Part shown: one piece after another, positions 52,122 to 54,976 of the stretch | How the letters are laid out: every line of letters begins with the position of its first letter | Numbering within the stretch: the stretch's first letter is position 1 | Source of the DNA: an uncultured delta proteobacterium | Lineage (GTDB): Bacteria > Desulfobacterota > Syntrophia > Syntrophales > UBA5619 | Length of the DNA stretch: 54,976 nt | Reading direction: 5' to 3' | NCBI GenBank assembly: GCA_963817385.1 | Contig: CAWFOM010000019.1 | Coordinates: forward strand, 1 to 54,976 | The notes under the pieces: generated by a model | Databases searched by the model: none | What the model was told of the DNA's origin: nothing | Seen by the model: only the letters and a program-made list of their open reading frames with translations | Translations under genes and position numbers: made by a program

Positions 52122-52400
52122 TTGAAAAAGCGCTTTGAAGTCAGGATACTGGGGCAGGAGCTCTCAGTCGTAAGCGATTCAGGGGATGAACATGTAGCCG
52201 ATGTTATCAGGTATGTCAGTGATAAGGTGGAAGAGGCTGGAAAGGCCGCCGGCACGAAAAATGCCTTAAACATTGCCATCCTGGCGGCATTGAACATTGC
52301 GGATGAGTATTTGCGAATAAGGGGCGTAAAAGAGAACGTTTATAGCAAATTGGAGAGCAGATCGGAACAATTGATTAATTTAATCAATGATATTAGGTAA
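52122..52400 (+). CDS. zapA: cell division protein ZapA
   Basis: VRILGQEL, YVSDKV, AILAALNIADEY. Confidence 0.93.
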   Translation: MKKRFEVRILGQELSVVSDSGDEHVADVIRYVSDKVEEAGKAAGTKNALNIAILAALNIADEYLRIRGVKENVYSKLESRSEQLINLINDIR

Positions 52401-52407
52401 ATAGTTA

Positions 52408-52597
52408 TCCCCTGCGATGTGCGTGATTAACATTCGTTTTTTGAGCCAACACCTTGGAACCGGGGCCTTTCCTTGTCCGCGGTGTGCATGTCTGCTGTGT
52501 TCCCGTGTCAGCGGGAGGCAGAAAGCCTGAAGCGGCAATAGCGGCGCCCACTTTTCAGCAGGTTCAAAAAGGTGGTTAACACGGCATATGCGGGGGT
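52408..52597 (+). ncRNA. ssrS: 6S RNA
   Basis: Directly after zapA; complementary ends (CCCCTGC...GTG..TTAAC / GTTAACAC...GCGGGG) with TTTTTGAGCC / GGTTCAAAAA inner stem and a central bubble. Confidence 0.85.
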
Positions 52598-52708
52598 TTT
52601 TTATCCATTCCCCATCGCCGCTCCGACCGTGATCCTCCCCTCGATCTGCCTGATCGATCCGTAAGACAATCGATTTTCATTTTGAAAAAGTTCAAGGAGG
52701 TGAAAACG

Positions 52709-54278
52709 TTGCTATATAACAGTGTTATGTTGATACTGGCCATAGTGGCTGCGCTGGCCGTCGGAGTGACTGCGGGTTACGTGGTCAGACAGCAGCTTTC
52801 CCGGAAAAAACTGGAATCCTGCGAAAATCTCTCGGCGAGGATCATCGATGAGGCCAAGAAGGAAGCCGAGACGATCAAGAAAGAGTCGATCCTTCAGGCT
52901 AAGGAGAACCTGCTCAAGGTCAAGACCGAATTCGAACGGGATACCCGGGACAGGAAAGGGCGAACTCGACGCCCTGGAGCGAAGACTCCGTTCGAAAGAG
53001 GAGAATATCGATCGAAGGATCGATCTCCTCTCCCAGAAAGAGACCGCTATCGAAAACCGGGATAAGGGGATGCTGCAAAAGGAGTCCCAACTCAATGAAA
53101 AGCATGAACGGGTCAACCGGATACTGGAAGAGCAGCAGCACAAGCTCGAGCAGATCGCCGGCATCACGTCGGATGAGGCAAAGAATTTTCTCATTCAGTC
53201 GATGGAGGCGGCGGCGAAACGTGACGCGGCCCTGATGATCCGGAGGATCGAGGAGGATGCCAGGCGGACGGCCGACAAGACTTCCCGGGAGATCATCGCC
53301 TTCGCGATACAGCGTTATTCGGGCGATTATGTCGCCGAAAACACCGTATCGGTGGTCAACCTGCCCAATGATGAGATGAAGGGGCGGATCATCGGCCGGG
53401 AGGGAAGGAATATTCGGGCTATCGAGGCGGCGACGGGGATCGATCTGATCGTCGATGATACGCCGGAGGCAGTCGTACTCTCCAGTTTCGATCCGGTACG
53501 GCGCGAGGTGGCCCGTCTCTCTCTGGAGAGGCTTATTACCGATGGCCGGATCCATCCGGGTCGCATCGAGGAAATAGTGAAGAAGGTGCGATCGGAGGTG
53601 GAGTCAATCATCAAGGAAACAGGGGAGCGGATCTCCTTCGACGTCGGCGTTCACGATCTGCATCCCGAGCTGATCACCATGCTCGGGAGTCTCAAGTTCC
53701 GGACGAGCTATTCGCAGAATGTCCTCCAGCATTCCATTGAAGTCGCTTATCTGACGGGGATGATGGCGGCAGAGTTGAAGATGAACATCAAGGAGGCGAA
53801 GCGGGCGGGTCTCCTCCACGATATCGGCAAAGCCATCGATCACAAGGTGGAAGGGACTCATGCGGCGATCGGCGCCGATTATGCCAAGCGGTTCGGCGAA
53901 TCGCCGCGGATCATCCAGGCGATTGCCACCCATCATGAAGACGGCAGGACCAATACCCTGCTTGGAGTTCTGGTCCAGGCGGCGGACACCCTCTCGGCTG
54001 CACGGCCGGGGGCGCGACGAGAGATGCTGGAGAGTTATGTAAAGCGCTTGGAAGAATTGGAAAATATCGCCAACTCATTCAGCGGCGTTGACAAGTGCTT
54101 TGCGATTCAGGCCGGCAGGGAAATCCGGATCATGGTGGAGAATGAGAAGATCTCCGATAACGATACAGTGATGCTCTGCAAGGATATCATCAAGAAGATT
54201 GAAGCGGAGCTGGCCTATCCCGGGCAGATCAAGGTCACCGTCATCAGGGAGACGAGGGTCTCCGATTTTGCACGATAG
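52709..54278 (+). CDS. rny: ribonuclease Y; +1 frameshift near 52955
   Basis: AAGGAGGTG RBS with TTG start, N-terminal TM helix, coiled coil, [39 protein letters not shown]. Confidence 0.97.
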
Positions 54279-54285
54279 GATGGCC

Positions 54286-54976
54286 ATGAAGATACTCTTT
54301 ATCGGAGATATCGTGGGCAAACCGGGCAGGCGGGCCGTCCGCGAGCTTCTTCCGGCGATCGTCGAAGAGAACCGGATCGATTTCGTGATCGCCAATTGCG
54401 AAAACGCGGCAGCCGGATTTGGCGTTACAAGCGAGGTCGTCGAAGAGCTCACCCGCGCCCGCATTGATGTCTTGACCTCCGGAAATCATATCTGGGACAA
54501 GAAGGAGGTCATGGAATTTGTCGGGGATTGCGAAACGCTGCTCCGGCCGGCCAATTATCCGGAGGGAGTGCCGGGGCGGGGCAGTGTCGTGATGCCTACC
54601 CGCGGCGGCGTCCATGTCGGGGTGATCAATCTGGCCGGCAGGGTCTTCATGCATCCCCTCGACTGTCCTTTCCGGACGGCTGATCGGGAGATCGAAAAAA
54701 TGAGGAAAAGGGCCCGCGTGATCATCGTGGATATGCATGCAGAGGCGACTTCGGAAAAAATCGCGATGGGCTGGTACCTCGATGGCCGGGTTACTGCCGT
54801 TCTGGGGACCCATACCCATGTCCAGACGGCGGATGACAGAATCCTGCCCGGCGGCACCGCCTATATCACCGATGTCGGCATGACGGGCCCCTTTGACTCC
54901 GTCATCGGGATTAAAAAAGATACCATCCTTCAGCGATTTCTCTTGCAGATTCCCAACAAGTTTGATGTGGCCAAGG
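54286..54976 (+). CDS. ymdB: TIGR00282/YmdB metallophosphoesterase (runs off window end)
   Basis: MKILFIGDIVGKPGR, NCENAAAGFG, TSGNHIWD, LLRPANYP, DMHAEATSEK, GTHTHVQTAD, TDVGMTGP. Confidence 0.95.
   Translation, partial: MKILFIGDIVGKPGRRAVRELLPAIVEENRIDFVIANCENAAAGFGVTSEVVEELTRARIDVLTSGNHIWDKKEVMEFVGDCETLLRPANYPEGVPGRGSVVMPTRGGVHVGVINLAGRVFMHPLDCPFRTADREIEKMRKRARVIIVDMHAEATSEKIAMGWYLDGRVTAVLGTHTHVQTADDRILPGGTAYITDVGMTGPFDSVIGIKKDTILQRFLLQIPNKFDVAK

Noticed and set aside
10353..54278. Programmed ribosomal frameshifting or true pseudogenes in mnmE, uvrC and rny
   Set aside because: No slippery heptamers at the sites and the indels are scattered and insertion-biased; sequencing error is the simpler explanation.
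1..54976. CRISPR array, tRNA, rRNA, complete DGR, prophage
   Set aside because: No regularly spaced repeats, cloverleaf or rRNA signatures, reverse transcriptase or phage structural genes seen.

Overview
Bacterial chromosomal window. Gene content and order point to a GC-rich deltaproteobacterium (Desulfobacterota, possibly Syntrophales); this is an inference. Most of it is core genome: rpmH-rnpA-yidD-yidC-jag-mnmE; PfkB kinase plus an AfuABC/FbpABC-type ABC transporter; recQ; uvrB-ygfA-S1-uvrC-ogt; rplU-rpmA-csp-obgE-proB; radical SAM/DUF2344; hpt; purD-purH-purE-tsaC; a half glmU; dusB; zapB-zapA-6S RNA-rny-ymdB. There are two accessory blocks (about 190-9850 and 31200-35270) of exported or hypothetical genes and one intact DDE insertion sequence (50419-51749). 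Many genes, including housekeeping ones, are broken by single-base indels, mostly +1 insertions, which most likely reflect long-read consensus error rather than pseudogenisation. Most notable observations: (1) a sigma28-promoter operon pairing a tetraheme c554-like cytochrome with a heme-c-motif chemoreceptor; (2) a ~1.2 kb four-repeat module that is the C-terminus of one exported protein and the N-terminus of a nearby one, whose FGE/C-type-lectin tail resembles a DGR variable region; (3) a duplicated ~145 bp leader heading two cassette-like gene remnants near an orphan SMI1/KNR4 gene; (4) a 144 bp palindromic element inserted in frame in uvrC; (5) a ZU5-like HFS-motif exported protein; (6) REP-like palindromic repeats. 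No CRISPR array, tRNA, rRNA or reverse transcriptase was seen.
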